Positions 40,159 through 54,943 of a stretch of 64,000 nt of DNA are shown here, in pieces. Origin of the DNA: Lama glama (Eukaryota). The notes beneath the pieces are model-generated. The model did not search any database. It had not been told where the DNA came from and was given only the letters and a program-made list of their open reading frames with translations. The position numbers were made by a program, and so were the translations under genes. The stretch covers positions 49,662,001 through 49,726,000 of the forward strand of contig CM052851.1 of assembly GCA_028534125.1 (NCBI GenBank), in the 5' to 3' direction. Position 1 is the stretch's first letter; each line of letters starts with the position of its first letter.

Positions 40159-40367
40159 CAGTGATTCTCAACTGAGGATGGTTTCCACCTCCAGAGGACG
40201 TCTAGCAATGTCTGGAGACAATTTTCTCTGTCACTACTAAAAAAGCGCTAATGCAGCTGGTGAGTAGAATGAGGGATGCTACTAAACATCTTATAATGCA
40301 CAGGATAGGCCCCCCCCACAATAAAGAATTATTCATCCCACATTAATGTAGCTGAGTTTGAGGCCCC
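40159..40367 (+). mobile_element. MER20-like hAT-Charlie element
   Basis: cagtgattctcaactg...gcaatgtctggagacaatttt...gggatgctactaaacatcttataatgcacagga. Confidence 0.85.
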
Positions 40368-43300
40368 AATTCTAGAGGTTCAGATGTGAATACAGTATCA
40401 TTTTCAGAGTCTGCAGGTCTCACAGGAGAGACAAACAAAAAGCTAACAATGTCCTACCTTAAGCAGCATGTACAGATTGCTATAGAAGTAGAAAGGGAAT
40501 GCCACTAAATTTTACCTAAAAGAATACAGAAAAGTCTTGCAAAATAAATGCTGTTTTAATACATATTAAATTAAACAAATGAATTTATTAAATAAATACT
40601 AAATTAAATATTAAATAAATGTCTCCTTTATGAGTGCTTTCTATTTACCAGCTATTGTGTTAAATCCTTTCCATATATTATGAGAGAATGTGTTGTTGAT
40701 GAGCTCTGAGTAGGGAGGAACAAAATCTGTACCTTCAGCATCTCCATCAGAGCAAGTTACATACTAAGCACTCAGTAAATACATGTGGAATGAATAGATG
40801 GATGCGAATATATTACTTCTAAGCTTAGATTCTTATAAGCACTCAGTAAATAGTATTTACGATGCAATATATCTCCTAGTATTACACAATGTATGCTATA
40901 TTAACTTTACTAGGTCATATACTAGTAAAGTTTAACACAAATTGGTTTGTGACTTCGAGGTTCAAGCTCCTAACAAGTAAGCCCCAGGAACGGCACAGGA
41001 AAGCAAGCTAAGCAGAGGTAATACATTACAAATGGAAAACAGAGGCCAAGTCAGGAAGTAAAGGGCTATGAGGAGGTGACAGTGATTAGGCTGCATAAGG
41101 ACATCAGAAGTTTGAGGCAGAATTAACAGCCCTGAGGCTAGGAAGATGGGCTGTGGTCAGATTGTAGACATCCTTGCCGGTAGTCACACTGGTAGTACAA
41201 GACCTAGCCTGGAGTCTAGACTGTGGACAGCTACACGAATAAGTACTTCTGCTGTTATCCTCTCAGTCCTCACACATGGGGTGAAGTTCAAGAAGCATTT
41301 ATATCCCTGCTCAAGGCACACTGAGAAGCTGGTAAAAGAAAGGCAAGTAGGGTGGGGAGAAGATGGATTTGGGAAGACTGGCAGGGTGAAATACCCTAAG
41401 GAACAGGGAAAAGTAAGCCAGTGTGAAATAAATGTATCTAGGAAGCTGACTGCACAATACCAGAATTATATGATGCCAGTTTCATTGTTTAATGCCTTTC
41501 TTGCAATTAGGATTTCAGTATTAAGATTTTTTGAAGTTTCCTGTCATTATTACCCTTTGTGCTAGCAGTGTTCTTCCATCACACAGGTGCTACAGGTGTA
41601 GACGTTTTGGCAGCAAATAGTTAAGACTGTTGCCAGAAAGTTTTGCCACACAGCAAGACTTCCTAGCTCAATCAGGGCTTAATTTTGATTCTTAGAAAGT
41701 CTCTTCTCTGTGAGACTTCTTGACTCAGCTTCAGCAATGAGACCCTAAAATAAATGATTCCCGTTTCATTGAATAGGGTCAATGACCAGAGAATATCAGT
41801 AAGTCCCTGTCAGATTTCTCAGTCTTTATTCTACTTATTCTTTATGACCAGCTTAGAATATTAAGTGCTGTTATGTGATATACAGTTACCATGTAACAAG
41901 AACTTACTAAGCAACTTGTATTGATACACAGGTATATTTTATGTAATCTTCCCAGCAACTCTATGGCTAGATAACCTTCATTTTGCAAGTGAAGAAAGTC
42001 TTAGAAACCCAATAATAATAACTAATATTTATTGAACAGGAAATGGATGGCAACAAATATTTTAAATGCATTTTCATGCATTGTCTCGTTTTATTCTTAT
42101 AAAGTCTTTTCTGTAGATTCATTCTGACTATCCTTTAACACACCTGCATCAAAGGAATGCATAGAACTATTCATCTTCTACCTCTGTCCTCCCTGACCCT
42201 ATGTGCCTGATAGCTGCTCAAACAATTTTTAATGAAGAAAAAGGAGAATCAAGGAGAGGAGGAGGATAGGAAAAAAGAAGGTAGGAGATAATGAAGTTCA
42301 TTAACACTGTAGTGAAAAAGAAAAAATAGTAAAATAATACGTAAAGCTCAGGGTAGTCAGCTCTACACTGGATGTATACACAAGATAATAATACAGCACA
42401 AGGAAGAGGTATTGGATCAATCTTGGGATTCATGAAACACTTTCAGAAAGATGCTTTGTTTGGTTAAGTCCTACACAATGAAGAGGAGTTGCCTGGACAA
42501 CAAAGAGGGGAGAACTTATGGCCCACATATGATTGAACAAAGGTGTAGGCATGAAAAGATACTCACTAAACCTTAGCAAATTCCAACAGCCATGCCTGTT
42601 GGTCAAATAAAGATACCATTTGGACATGCACTGGACCTACTTCTTAGCCCTAGTTAAGGGACATTTGATCTAGTCATGAGAAACATTCGACAAGGACTTC
42701 TAGGTGCACATATACGAAAAACCATCATCAATTAAAGGTTTGGCTTCATCCAGATGTGAGAATTATGGCACCTGGTCCCTTAATTGCTTCAGCGTCGCAG
42801 ATCCCAGCCTGAAGTGCTGACTATTAGCTAGAGAATGGTCCCTACCAGAGCAGCCCCACCACAAACCTCCCAAGCTGACTTGTGGTTGTCTTTGTAGTGC
42901 TGGTGACATAAACTGCCTTATAAAGTCACTCACTTCTTAAAATCCCATGAAACTGGAATTCTTAATAATGGCCTAACATTTAATCATGAATTGAAGTCAT
43001 TTATGAACAGATGTTAACTCCTTAGCAAAACAATAGAGACCTTGAGGTTTGGACCATAATTAATACATTTTGTTCCTCCATGGTATACGATTAAGTGCCA
43101 TGTCCTTAGGAAAATCTTAGAGAAGATACGCCCAATTAATTAATTAAAGAAAGAAGAGGCTATTATTCAACCCTCCATGGAGTTTTCTAGAAGGGTAAAA
43201 TCTGCCTTCCAGTCACTGACTACAAAAGTTGTACTAAAAAAAAAATTGTAGCAAAAAAATCACCATGAGAAAATGGACTAGGGAGAAAATATATAAAACT

Positions 43301-43604
43301 ATTGTTCAGAGAATTGCAGTAATAATAGTACAGGCAGAGGGTGATGCAATATGCTAATCACCAAAATAGGCAATATTGGAACATAAAGCAGAACAGGTTA
43401 GAAATCAAGATGAAGAGGAAGCAAAGAAAACCTGTTTAGAAGAGTCAGCGAAAAATTACAGTAATAACTGGACACTGAAATATTTACTGTGGGAATCACT
43501 ACCTTGCCCTTGTGCTACAGACATAGTATATACTCAGGACAAGAGTGAAACAGGAGACCAGAGTCGTGTAGGAGCCTTAAAAAGTGCAATGGATTCAAAT
43601 TTAA

Positions 43605-44280
43605 TTTAGCAATTCAGCAAACATTTATTATGTATCTACTCTGGACTGAGAATTGTGTTAGGCTGAAAAAATACAAAGATAAATGGGACAAAGACAAATG
43701 AGCTCATGGTTTTACTGGGGCGAAATGACATGCATTACAGCTTTTTGTTAACACTGTGATAAGTGTTATAATAGAAGTGAGCGTGCATTACGCTGGAAAC
43801 AAAGAGAACAGTTTATTATATCTGGGGAAGTACACTGGGCTTGGGGGAGGGACCATGGGAAAGCAATGACATTAGCAATTGGCCTTCAAGGTTGATGAAG
43901 TTTCCCAAGTGGGTAAAGGGCAGATTTTCTAAGTCAAAGCAAAGGCAATGAGGCATATATATTTTTGGTGTGTTGGGAAATCCTCCTGTTAAGTAGCAGA
44001 ATGTGGCTGAAGTATTAGCTACTTCTTTAAGGATGAAAGGTGAGTAGTAGCTGGGTTATAAAAGGCTCTGAATGATACTCTAAGAAATCTAGACTTATTT
44101 ATTTATCTTTTTCTCTCGCTAAAATAATAGAAGCTTAAAAATGAGAAGATGTGTTCTGAGAATGCTTTAGAAAATCAGTCTAGTGCCATGGTAAAACTAA
44201 AGAGAGCTTGGTGGGGTCTTAAAGAGACTGAGGCAGGAAGGTCAATTGGGGGTGACTTTTAGAAGATTCCAACTGAGAAA
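43605..44280 (-). mobile_element. L2 LINE fragment
   Basis: attcagcaaacatttattatgtatctact...tgtgataagtgttataatagaagt...agactgaggcaggaagg. Confidence 0.7.
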
Positions 44281-46429
44281 GAGGAAAAGACATCCACAGA
44301 GCCAAATTTGACATAAATCCTTGCTAGGCCCTTTTTAAGAAGAGTCTAGATAGCTAATTGTATGACTTTGTAGACAGTATCACATAAATACACTCGTGGC
44401 CAATATTATTACATAGAATACATTTGATTTGAATGTTCTGTAAAATGAGTATACCTACATCCTACTGTTCTTCACCAGCATATAAATACTCAGTGAGTAT
44501 CTGTTATGTGAATGAGTGAAAGTGTCATATAAGTTTATGCTCAAAGTTTTTTCTGCAAGCTAAGGTATTAGACATGTATAGGGGGATTATTTACATCAGA
44601 GACACCTGCATCTGGTGGACCTTAAGCAAGTGGGACACCAGCAACAGAAGTGGTGTCTGATTTTATTACTAACATACTTTCTGAGTAAGAAAATTAATTT
44701 CACTCATTTATGAAAGACTGGGTGAACAGAGTGCTAAACAGTAAAAACAAAAACCAACCAACCAACCAGCCACAAGGCCCATCAACTCAGTAAGCTATTT
44801 CTATGAATTAAAAGTCCCAGATCTCAGGGTTATGAATAGTGTTGGCTTAAATGAATATAGAGGATTACAGACATCACTCTGCTTTTATTTTAGCAAAGCA
44901 TGCTGACATACACTTTTAAAATAGAAAAAGAAAACACTTTAGTTATTTTATTTTAATATATAAGTTACTATAACTTTCTGGTGTAGATCATTTTTTAGTA
45001 GTGTTTTTGCTTGCCATACAATTTCTGTATTTATTGAGACTAGAATGTTTTATTCAAAGCCAGACAGAGCTGGTTTCAAATCCTGGAATTTCTCAACAGC
45101 TTAGTCTCTGGAAAGAGACAACTTTGACTCTCAGATCGTTCTCAATAAAGTGTGACTCACGTCACATACACATTTTTGGAAAGAGCAGGTAAGACAATAT
45201 GTGGAAAATGCCTAACTCTCTTCCTGAGCATATGTAAAGGTTCAAAATTCTGCTTTCTCCTCTTACCCTCTCTCACTGCTCTCCTTTCTGTTCCTATCTG
45301 CCCAAATGCATGTGTTTTCTAAAACAAATGGTAACTGGAAAACAAAATTGCCACAGAGTTCAGAGAAAGTTTAAGCAATCAGATTCTACTGATATTTGAT
45401 CTCAAATTAAAAACCCTGACTCCTTGAGAAGAGTTCCCGATATTTCAACAATAACTCAAACACCCAAAGCTATTCCTGTCTCAGGTAATAGTCTTTACAA
45501 AACAATGATTTTAAGGAACAAAGTACAGATACTCATTATATTTGTGCCTGAGCAATAGAGTTAGGATAGGACTTTGTATTTCAGGGACAAAATAAACTTG
45601 AGAAATCTCAGCTCAGACAATAACGCATTCCCAAATTACCCACTGTCCAATAAATTTGTTTTGCTAGGTTCTAAACAGGAGAACAAATATGTGTTCTGCT
45701 TAGCTATGGGATAACCTCTCTGACCTAGAGATAGCACTGGAATCATGGTCTAAAGCCATGTTAAATACCTCCCAATCCCTCACTGCATTTGCCATGGCAT
45801 GCTAGTTTAATCTGATGTTATCCTAGTGTTAATGGTTTTAGTTCCATCCTGGTGGCTCAAATCCATTAGGCTGAACTTGTTTAGTATAATGTGTCTGTGA
45901 CCAACTTCGTAGAGAACCACTATTTAAAGCAAGCAAGAGTTAGATCCCATAATGACATTACTAATCTACTATTTTAAACTCCCATTCAGTAGGAGCTAGC
46001 TGGCATTTTCATAATGTCACACTGACAGTAAGTCCTATACCATCACTGGAGATTAAAAAGCCCTTGAAGGTATATTATGTAACCTTTATTTCTAGAAACA
46101 TTTCTGTTTCTAGCTGGGGAAAAGAGTAGAATGATTTAAAGGAAAAAACAGTCACAGCTGCATCAGGGAATGGAAGAGAATCTGGCTGAGATGTATTAGT
46201 AATAGTTTCTAAAAGAAACTGAGGACTGGAAAGAAAGGAATAACAGAAGAAGAGTAGTTGACTTCTTTGCAGTTCAGCCTGGGGTAAGGGAGAAAGCTGA
46301 GATATACACGTCCTCTTTGGAAGACAGTCATCTGCAGGAGGAAGTGAGCTGACTATGCCATGCAGAATGTCCTTGCTCAGTTGTGACCAGAATGGATTTA
46401 CCAAGAATATTGTTAAGTCTGATTATAAA

Positions 46430-47480
46430 CTGAGCTTCTTTTTCATCATCTCCACTCTCCCTAAACCTGTTCCTCCTCCTGTGTTACTAACAAGGGTGAG
46501 TGGTACTTGTGACTCAATCAGTGCCCACACCAGGCATCCGGACACATCTCTAAACTTTTCACCTCTTCCTCTGCATCCTTCCATCATCAAAGTTTGTTGG
46601 TCCTATGTCCTAGACTATTCGCCCAGTCCATCTACTCTCTGAGCAGCTCCACTGGACCTGGACACCACTATTGGTTTTTTTATTTGTTTTTCTTTTTTTT
46701 TTTAATTGAAGTATAGTCAGTTTACAATACCATGTCAATTTCTAGTGTACAGCATAATGTTTCAGTCATATTTATATACATACAATCATTTTCTTTTTCA
46801 TTATGTTAGTACATATTCTTTTTCATTATGTTAGTACAAGATGTTGAATATAGTTGATTAAATTGCTACAGACACCTTCCATGTTGCTCCCTGCCTCTAT
46901 TCCAACCAGCTCTGAGAGAGGCCCCACAGACAGAGTAGCCCAATTTTCTACAGATATTTTCATATCATTACCTTATTTAAAACCCTTCAATGTCTTACAG
47001 TTTAACTGAGTAAAATCTAATGTCCTTAAAATAATTCCACATTATCTGGCTAAGGCTCCCCACCCTATCACCCACTTTCACAGTAATTCACACTATATGA
47101 AGTCTGTTTCAGATCTTTGATTTCACTATGAACTTTATTCTCTCTATGTATTTTTACATGCTTTTCTCTTTGCCTGAAAAAATTCCTCCTTCCTCACATC
47201 CCTTACATCTTAGCTCAACCATCAATCTCTCAGGAAAACTTCTTGACCACACCAAATCTGGTCCATTACTCCTTTGAGGGGTCCTCACATTATCCTGTAC
47301 TTTCCTTAATTAGTACACAACAGACTTTGTATAATACATTTCAAGTTTCCTCATCTGTGTCTTTCAGTGGCTAGTAATCCCTTCAAGGAAAGAAGCCAAG
47401 TTTATTTGCTATTGCATCCTCAGCAATTAAAACAGTGCCTGGAATAAAGAAAGGGGTCAAAATTATTAATGAATGCATGA
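46430..47480 (+). mobile_element. L2 LINE fragment, interrupted by a younger L1 tail
   Basis: ctaaacctgttcctcctcctgtgtt...ttaaaacccttcaatgtctt...acagtgcctggaa...tgaatgcatga. Confidence 0.7.
46675..46856 (-). mobile_element. 5'-truncated artiodactyl/camelid L1 3' end with poly(A) tail
   Basis: T-run followed by aattgaagtatagtcagtttacaat...tgtacagcataatgtttcagtcata...gatgttgaatatagtt. Confidence 0.8.
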
Positions 47481-50054
47481 CGAAGCAAATCCTGTGTACT
47501 AGGATCATGGTATGAGAAAACTTGGATTTTTGTGGGGATTTGTTTTTCTTTTTCATGGCCTAAATAGATGATAAATAAGTAACTTAAAACTTTTATTATC
47601 TCAAATTACAAACTTTGAGGTAGCTCTTTCCCTGGCCCTCCACAAGGAACTAAGTTCACAAAATAACCTGTGATCCTTAGAAGATAGATAGGCATATTTT
47701 AAAATCTTCTATTTTTTCTGTTAATTGCCAGAGGATCACTCTTGTCTCTTTTACATATTAGTCTACAACCTGGTTAACTGTGAGTTACCACCCTAAGATG
47801 ACCAGGGAGCTATAAGACATCGTCCACATACCACTGAGACAGAATTCATCTTGGTTTTGCCTATTTGCTAAAAGCCCAAAGTTTATTCTAGGTAAATTAA
47901 CCAAGGTCAGGGCCAAGGGTAACTGTGCCTAGATATAGGGAATGTCTGTGACCTGAAGTTCTTTGATAGATGAATAAAATTATGTCAAAAGTTACATACT
48001 TAATAAGAAGAACAAATGTAAAAGACATTTGAGCTTGGAGTCTAAGACGAAGCTATTAACATAACAGAAATAATCACGTTACCTTGATCAAGACATTTTG
48101 GCTTTTAGTTGATCTCCCCTGTAAAATGAAGTTCTCTGCCTCCCCTTTCTTACCTCCTAGAGTTTTTGTAAAGCTCAACAGTGATAATGTTAACTCTATA
48201 AAATATCCCAAGTACTAAAAACATACAGCACCTAATAGAATTCTTAGAGGAAGGCTTCATACCAGAAGTGGCCCCCATACGGTGAAGGTTGCGCTGTCTT
48301 CCTGTACTGTCACTGCCCAGAAGGAACCGTGTTCCAGGATATTGGAAGCAGTGATATTCTTCTATTTCTGATGGCTTATAAAATACCTATAAAATAATGT
48401 GTGCTTAATAAATATCTTTTTAATTAAAAAAAGAGTTTATATGTACATGTTTTTTGATGCAGAAATATCGACAAGTATTTTGAGAGGAAAGAATACACAT
48501 CTAAATTAAGCAGGGAAGGGAGTGGCTGTGTCTCAGTTACCCACTCTGTGCCAGTAACTGTGGAAACTTTGTTCCATTTGGACTTCTTTGCCTCCAAATC
48601 ACATTTTACTGGTGAGGCAACTGAGGTTTAGGGAGGTAAAACAGACCTTTTCACAACTAATAGGTGGTATAACAGGATTGAAAACTGAGTCTGCTGCTTC
48701 TAAACTCCATTTTCTATTATTGATGGAGGTAGCATTCCCAGGCAAGAATGAGTATTTTCTGCAGTTTTCTCTTTAAGATTTTGTACTTACTTACATTTCC
48801 AAAAAGCTATAGCCAAGGATCATTTTAATCACTTGCCACTAGAAAGATTGGTGAATCACATTGTTTGGTCAGAAATCAGAGGATAAATTAGATTCCTTGC
48901 TGTAGCACATTGCCTTGATGCATATGTAAAATCAATCAAAATCTCTCTTGATGACTCAGTGGGAAAGAACAGCAGGAAAATCTTCAACATCCAGCAGGAT
49001 GCCTGATCTGGAGCCTGTTGCCAGCATTATTTGAGAAGGAAAAGTTTGCAGGAAGGCACAAGACTGGTTGGTCCTGCACACTCAGTACCAACCAACTCCA
49101 GCTGGGCTGAACTCAACCTTCCCCAACTTGCATTCCCAGATCACTACTACAGATTCAGTTATATTCACTTCAAAATGTACAAAATGCATGTTCAATATTC
49201 ACATGCTGCATAAGCATCATGTTTATTGAATTGAAGGACATTTTTTCCTGTAAAATGAAGTAGGAGAAGGCAAAAGATGACTCAAAGTTCTTTCTTCCTC
49301 TAAATGATATACAGAAATTAGCTCAAAGGCTAAGCATGTCAAAGTGCTTAGTGATACAGGGACAGCACAGCTCAATCCCCTCCTTTTTGTGGCCTTGGAT
49401 CACAGTGGAGTGTTGTGCGAAGGTATTGCAAGATTTTTTGACTTGTATTTAATATATGACCAGCCCTGGTATTTCTCTGCAAGAAACCTTTCACAATTAA
49501 TCAGTCCTCCTAGAAAAATTATATAAAGTGACCATCAGGCTCTGGATTTTCATCTGGACTCCACACATCCTTCAATACTCAACTTTAATACTGTCTTCTT
49601 TGGAATATAAATTCTATATGGGGAGCTTTCTTGTCTATTTTTCTATCCCTCAGGGACTATATAGCATAGAACCTGACTTACACTGGGCACTTTATCAATC
49701 TTTGTTAAATACATTGATGCGAGGCTAGCCCTGACTTCCCAGGATAACAACCTTTCTTCCCTGCGGCCCTCATTTTATTTTACATTTACCTCTGTTAGAA
49801 CATTGATAACATTGGACAACCTGTATTTGCATAGATAACTGGCATCCTATTAGATTGAGATTTATTTAATCTATCTTTGTACCTCCATTGCCTATTACTC
49901 TTTATGGCTCGTGACTTTAAATAAGTATATCCTTGGGGACTGGGTGATTTTGCGATCATTAAAACGAGTCTTCCTATTTTTGAAGATTTTTGCTTTCATT
50001 GGAGCCCACTCTGATCTTATTCTTCTTTAAACTTTCTTGTTTTTAGTTGACAGT

Positions 50055-50250
50055 ACCTAGTAGCAAGTATGTACTGAATTCCCACCATGAAAACATAGTA
50101 AACACTCATATGTTTATTATGTACCAGAAAACTGAAGCACATAGAAGTTAAGAAACTCATCTGAGGCCACACAGTGAGTGCCAGAACCACGGTTATATAA
50201 TCAGGTAATATAGTTTCCAAATCCGTGCCTTTAATCATTATTAAAATACT
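50055..50250 (-). mobile_element. MIR SINE
   Basis: agaaaactgaagcacatagaagttaagaaactcatctgaggccacacag. Confidence 0.65.
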
Positions 50251-51042
50251 GCCTCTTTTGGACTAGGTATTTATGTATATGCTTTCTAATTATTCCAGAT
50301 AATTCTATAATATTGTTTCTACTATGTCCTTTTAGTTAATGAGAAAACAGAGACTCAGAGAACTCACTATCAAATCTCACATCTAGTAACAGTCCACTGT
50401 CAGAACATGCCTGACTACATCTTTCCTTCCATATCCAATACTTGTTCTTTGCTATAGTATATAAATTAATTACTTACTATTTGCTTTACAAGTTTTGGTT
50501 TGTTTCCTCCAACTGGACTTTAAATCTCTTGTGGATGAGTTGTATATGTAATATTAGTATATCTTCCTCAGCATTGATCACAATTACTGGCATGTGAAAT
50601 TAACATTAACTATTGTCCTATTAATTAATACTAAATGAGACCTACAGAAGTAATCAAAAGTCAACATATGTCAAAAGCTGGAATATTGAGTGAGTTATAA
50701 ATATAAAGATATGGGCTATAAGAATTTTAAATAAAATAAAACGAGATTAAGAGAAAATGCATGACTTTGGGTTATTACTCACATAGCATGACACTAAGAA
50801 GCAATTTGACCTTGTGGGTAAAGCACAAGAAGTCAAGAATTGTGGGTTCTTTTTTTAAATATGACTTCATATGACTTTCTTCACATAGCTTCTCAGTCTA
50901 TGAAATGGACTAATTTAAATGTTGTCAAAAACAAGAATCAAATTTTCCACCGAGCAACCCATACAAAACAAGTATCAGACAAATACCTGTTACTCATAAG
51001 AAGCTTAAGTCATCTAACTCTTTCTTACCTGAACACCTTTTG

Positions 51043-51192
51043 TCCATAAACCAGCAGTATCAGTATTAACTTGGAGCTTATAAGAAATGCAGAATTTCTA
51101 GCCCCATCTCAGACCTATGGAATCAGACTCTGCAACTTTAGGAAACTACCCCTACGTGATTCACATGCACATCAAAGTCTGAGAAGCACTGG
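51043..51192. mobile_element. MER5A-like MITE
   Basis: cttggagcttataagaaatgcagaatt...gaatcagactctgca...aaagtctgagaagcactgg. Confidence 0.85.
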
Positions 51193-52218
51193 TCTAATGC
51201 TCAAGATAATTTACAGCCCAGTTTTAATTAACTTTTCCAATCTTCCAAAAACTCTACACTGGTTTGTTCAATCTTTCTTCTGTTCTTTAGCATATGTCTG
51301 GTCTTATCAACCAATTTTTTTGTTTGTTTGTTTAGTGTGGGAAGAACACTTAGCATGTACACTTTGAAGCCAGGACTATGTAATGTTCTTATTTTTTATT
51401 CCCCTACTAAGATTCACAGAGTTCTTTAATGAATTTTTACAAATTCATTTCCAGTTTAACTCATTAACTTCCTATGTTACATTGGACATCACAATTCATC
51501 TGTTTTGAACTCAATTTGAAAACTCAATGAGGGGGAGTGAACTAGATGATTTTTTTAGGCTTCTTCTGGTTTCTGATTGTGTGGTTATCATATTTCCTAT
51601 TGTAAAAACCAAGGTACAAGATCAGACGCACATGAATACAATAATATTTTTAAAATCAAAACCACCCTGGAATATCCAATCATATCATATAATATCACAA
51701 CTCACAGAATAGAGCAGAAAATCAGACTGTGTGCCAAGGCTGATCTGAAAACTTGACCATGATTTATTTCTACAAGTAGGAATCCCTACCTGATAGGAGT
51801 AGTGGTTATATAAGCAGGGGTACAGGCATCATGAAGTCTTTCTTTCCCTTTTTTTTTTTATACATGTTTTTGGAATTTGTTTCTGTTTTCTATCTCATTT
51901 TAATCTAATGGAACACGGCAATTTAGTTTTCATATAAAACCACAAATTTAAAGAATCTTTAGAACCACTGAAATGTTTATTATTCCATTGCATTTATAGT
52001 CAAACCCCACAGTAAGATTTGAGTGTCTTCCATAAACCAAGCAATCACAGGCTCTGTATGAGAGAGCGCACCCAGCCTAAAACACAGCTCCTATCCAAGA
52101 ACTGGGCCTCTTCCAATGCCCCCGTCGCAAACATCACTTCTTTGTGCTCCTCAATGCCAAGTACGGTCCTCAAACTTACACTTCGAAAAGCAAGCTTCTT
52201 ATGTTTCCTTTCCCCAAA

Positions 52219-52363
52219 NNNNNNNNNNNNNNNNNNNNNNNNNNNNNNNNNNNNNNNNNNNNNNNNNNNNNNNNNNNNNNNNNNNNNNNNNNNNNNNNNN
52301 NNNNNNNNNNNNNNNNNNNNNNNNNNNNNNNNNNNNNNNNNNNNNNNNNNNNNNNNNNNNNNN
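52219..52363. other. Assembly gap (145 N)
   Basis: N run. Confidence 1.
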
Positions 52364-53029
52364 TTTTTAATAATAACTTCATGATAGATCTAGAAGCCTA
52401 AGCCAGAAGCATCAGAGTTTACAGCAGTGAGGACTGGGGAAAGTCAGGGATTCTGCAGAGAAGATGGTTGTGGAAGGGAAGCCGTGCACAAGCCTCCATG
52501 AGTTGGTGGTGTCCGTGTTACACAACCTGACTGTTTGTCTCCGCTTAGCTAAGTGATTAGTCCTTTGGATAATAGTGATGCCTGTTGCCATGTCTACCTG
52601 ACTCCAGAACATGTTATTTTTCTACTGTGCTATGAACTGTGATTTGCATAAATAAAAGTAGGCTTGAAATAATCTTTAAATAGCTCAGTCTTCGTCATCC
52701 TCCTGACATTCAGTATGACCACAGCAACCTAAAAGGGGCATGTCAAGACTAACAATAATGGAGGAAAAAATAAGAAACACTTAAGAAATGAGAAAATGTT
52801 AAGAAAAAAAAGTCAACATTTCATCTATACTATGACTATAATAAAATATATATGAAAGCAAAGAAGAAAATCAATTTCCTTCTGATGACAAGAGGAAGTG
52901 TTTTCTATCTTTGCTTGAATAGTTTTTAACGTTGCTATTACAGTTAGTTTTTAATTCAAATGGAGGAATATTAGAGTTGCAATGCATAGAAGATGATTGA
53001 AATAAAAGTTATAGGAAGCATTTTAATAG

Positions 53030-53250
53030 AATGGAATGAATTCAAGTTTGGGCAATGGATATGCAACTTGCTTCCAAATATTACTAGCTGTGTGACTTCT
53101 CCAAGTTGCTTGATGTCTATTAGCCTGCTTCAGTCTCCTTATCTGTGAAACTGGTATTAACAATACACCACTTATTCTATATAATTAAACGTCATCATCA
53201 GCATGAACCGTTTAGCAGAAAGTATTTACACATAGTGTGGATGCTGGATA
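53030..53250 (+). mobile_element. MIR SINE
   Basis: ttactagctgtgtgacttctccaagttgcttgatgtctat...cagtctccttatctgtgaaactgg. Confidence 0.7.
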
Positions 53251-54943
53251 AACAGCATGTGATGTTCATATGATGGTCACGATTGTCATTATCAATACAG
53301 CAGCAGCATTCTACGTGGCTGGACTGGATTGGAAGAAAAGGCTTTTGCAAGTCTCTTACCCTTTAGTTGAAGCCAAAGCACTCTATCCAGAGGATCATTT
53401 TTGATTCTCCTTCTTTTGCTTCTCAATCTCTTTCTCCTTGCTTTCATCTTTACCCACTGCCCCGGGCCAAGAAATGCCCTCTCTACCACTCATACTTCAA
53501 GAGATTTTTGAATAGACAAGAACCTTGGATATTTCCTGAAGTGATAACTCACTTATCATCTGATCTAGGCACAGTCCTGGCTTGAGGATATCAAATGTTT
53601 TCTCCCAGTATTCAGCGCTTCAGGTGAAATTAACAGGACTCCAACACCACACAAACATAACACATGGAATAAATATTTGAATTAAACATACAAACAGATG
53701 GGACTCCAACCTAGGGAGATTTTCAAAATAAGGTGGAGGTGGGGGTAGAGAATTGCTGATTCTTGAGAGAGATGGATTTTGTCTGAATTATTGTAAAAAT
53801 ATATTTGAATTACGAATATACAGCATCTATAGAGATTGGGTATTATTTCAATGTAATACAGGTTTGAAACTGGAGAATACATAACTAACATTACTTTTTT
53901 TAAATAAAAGAGAGTAGTGAGGGTGATCAAAGAGATACAAAGATTTAAGTGCATCATATATTTATCAGTGATGTTTTAAAAGCCAAAAGAAATTTCAACA
54001 AATAGTAGCAATGGAGAAAAAAGAGAAATCTAATGAAGCATGGCTGTGAAGAGTGTAAGCAGCAAACAAATCAAAAAACAGTATTTTCTAGGATGCTGCT
54101 CTTTGTTACAAGGCAAAGGCAAAGGCAAATACTTTACATACAAAAACCATGTAATTAAAGATACAGTCCTATTTATTAAAACATAAATTGATCTTGATTC
54201 AGTATGTTACCCTCAATAGTGGTAGCTATTGGCTGACTACAGGAAGAAATAAGAAAATAGTGCCTCTTTTTTTTCCTACTAAGCTGGACTATGATCATCT
54301 TTATCTTCACAGAGGATAAGTATTCTCCTGAGATCACTCTCAGGGACAATTCTCACGTGTGGGCCAAGTATGAAAACATCTTTCTCTCTCTTAAGACCAA
54401 ACGCTATTCATAGGTTTGGATTAGGTAATATATCCAAAGTGATCCATGTGTTTTGGGGCACAAATTGCCCAAAACTGCCAGGTGCAATTACATTTTAATC
54501 ACTATTATTATTTATTTTTCTGTATAGAGATGAGAAACAATGTCTCATACTGGCTAGACAACAGAACTGACTCTGGATTGGAACTAATAACATTTGTCTT
54601 CCCTTTGGCCAAGATTTTCCTAATATAACAAAATGAATTGTTTTGATTGTTCTGATCTCAAATTTTTCCAAATAGTCATAACTAGAAGATATTACAAATT
54701 AAATATAAAACATAATTTGCAACAGAGTTATTTGGAAAAAAAGTATCATAGAATGTAATAGTTAAGTGATAGAAAGATATCCTGTGGTTTGATTTTTGTT
54801 TTTAAAGAATCACACATATTGATGAAAGTTACACTTAATTTGTAATATCATGATTTCTCTAATTTGACCACACAATTACTATGAGTATAATTAACCAATA
54901 TAGACATGTTGAATGAATTGCAAAGGTTAAAGTGTTACCATTT

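Noticed and set aside
40765-40932. Repeated TAAGCACTCAGTAAATA and an 11-bp hairpin (40903-40932)
   Set aside because: Explained by adjacent L2/MIR tails; a short hairpin in AT-rich DNA is weak evidence alone.
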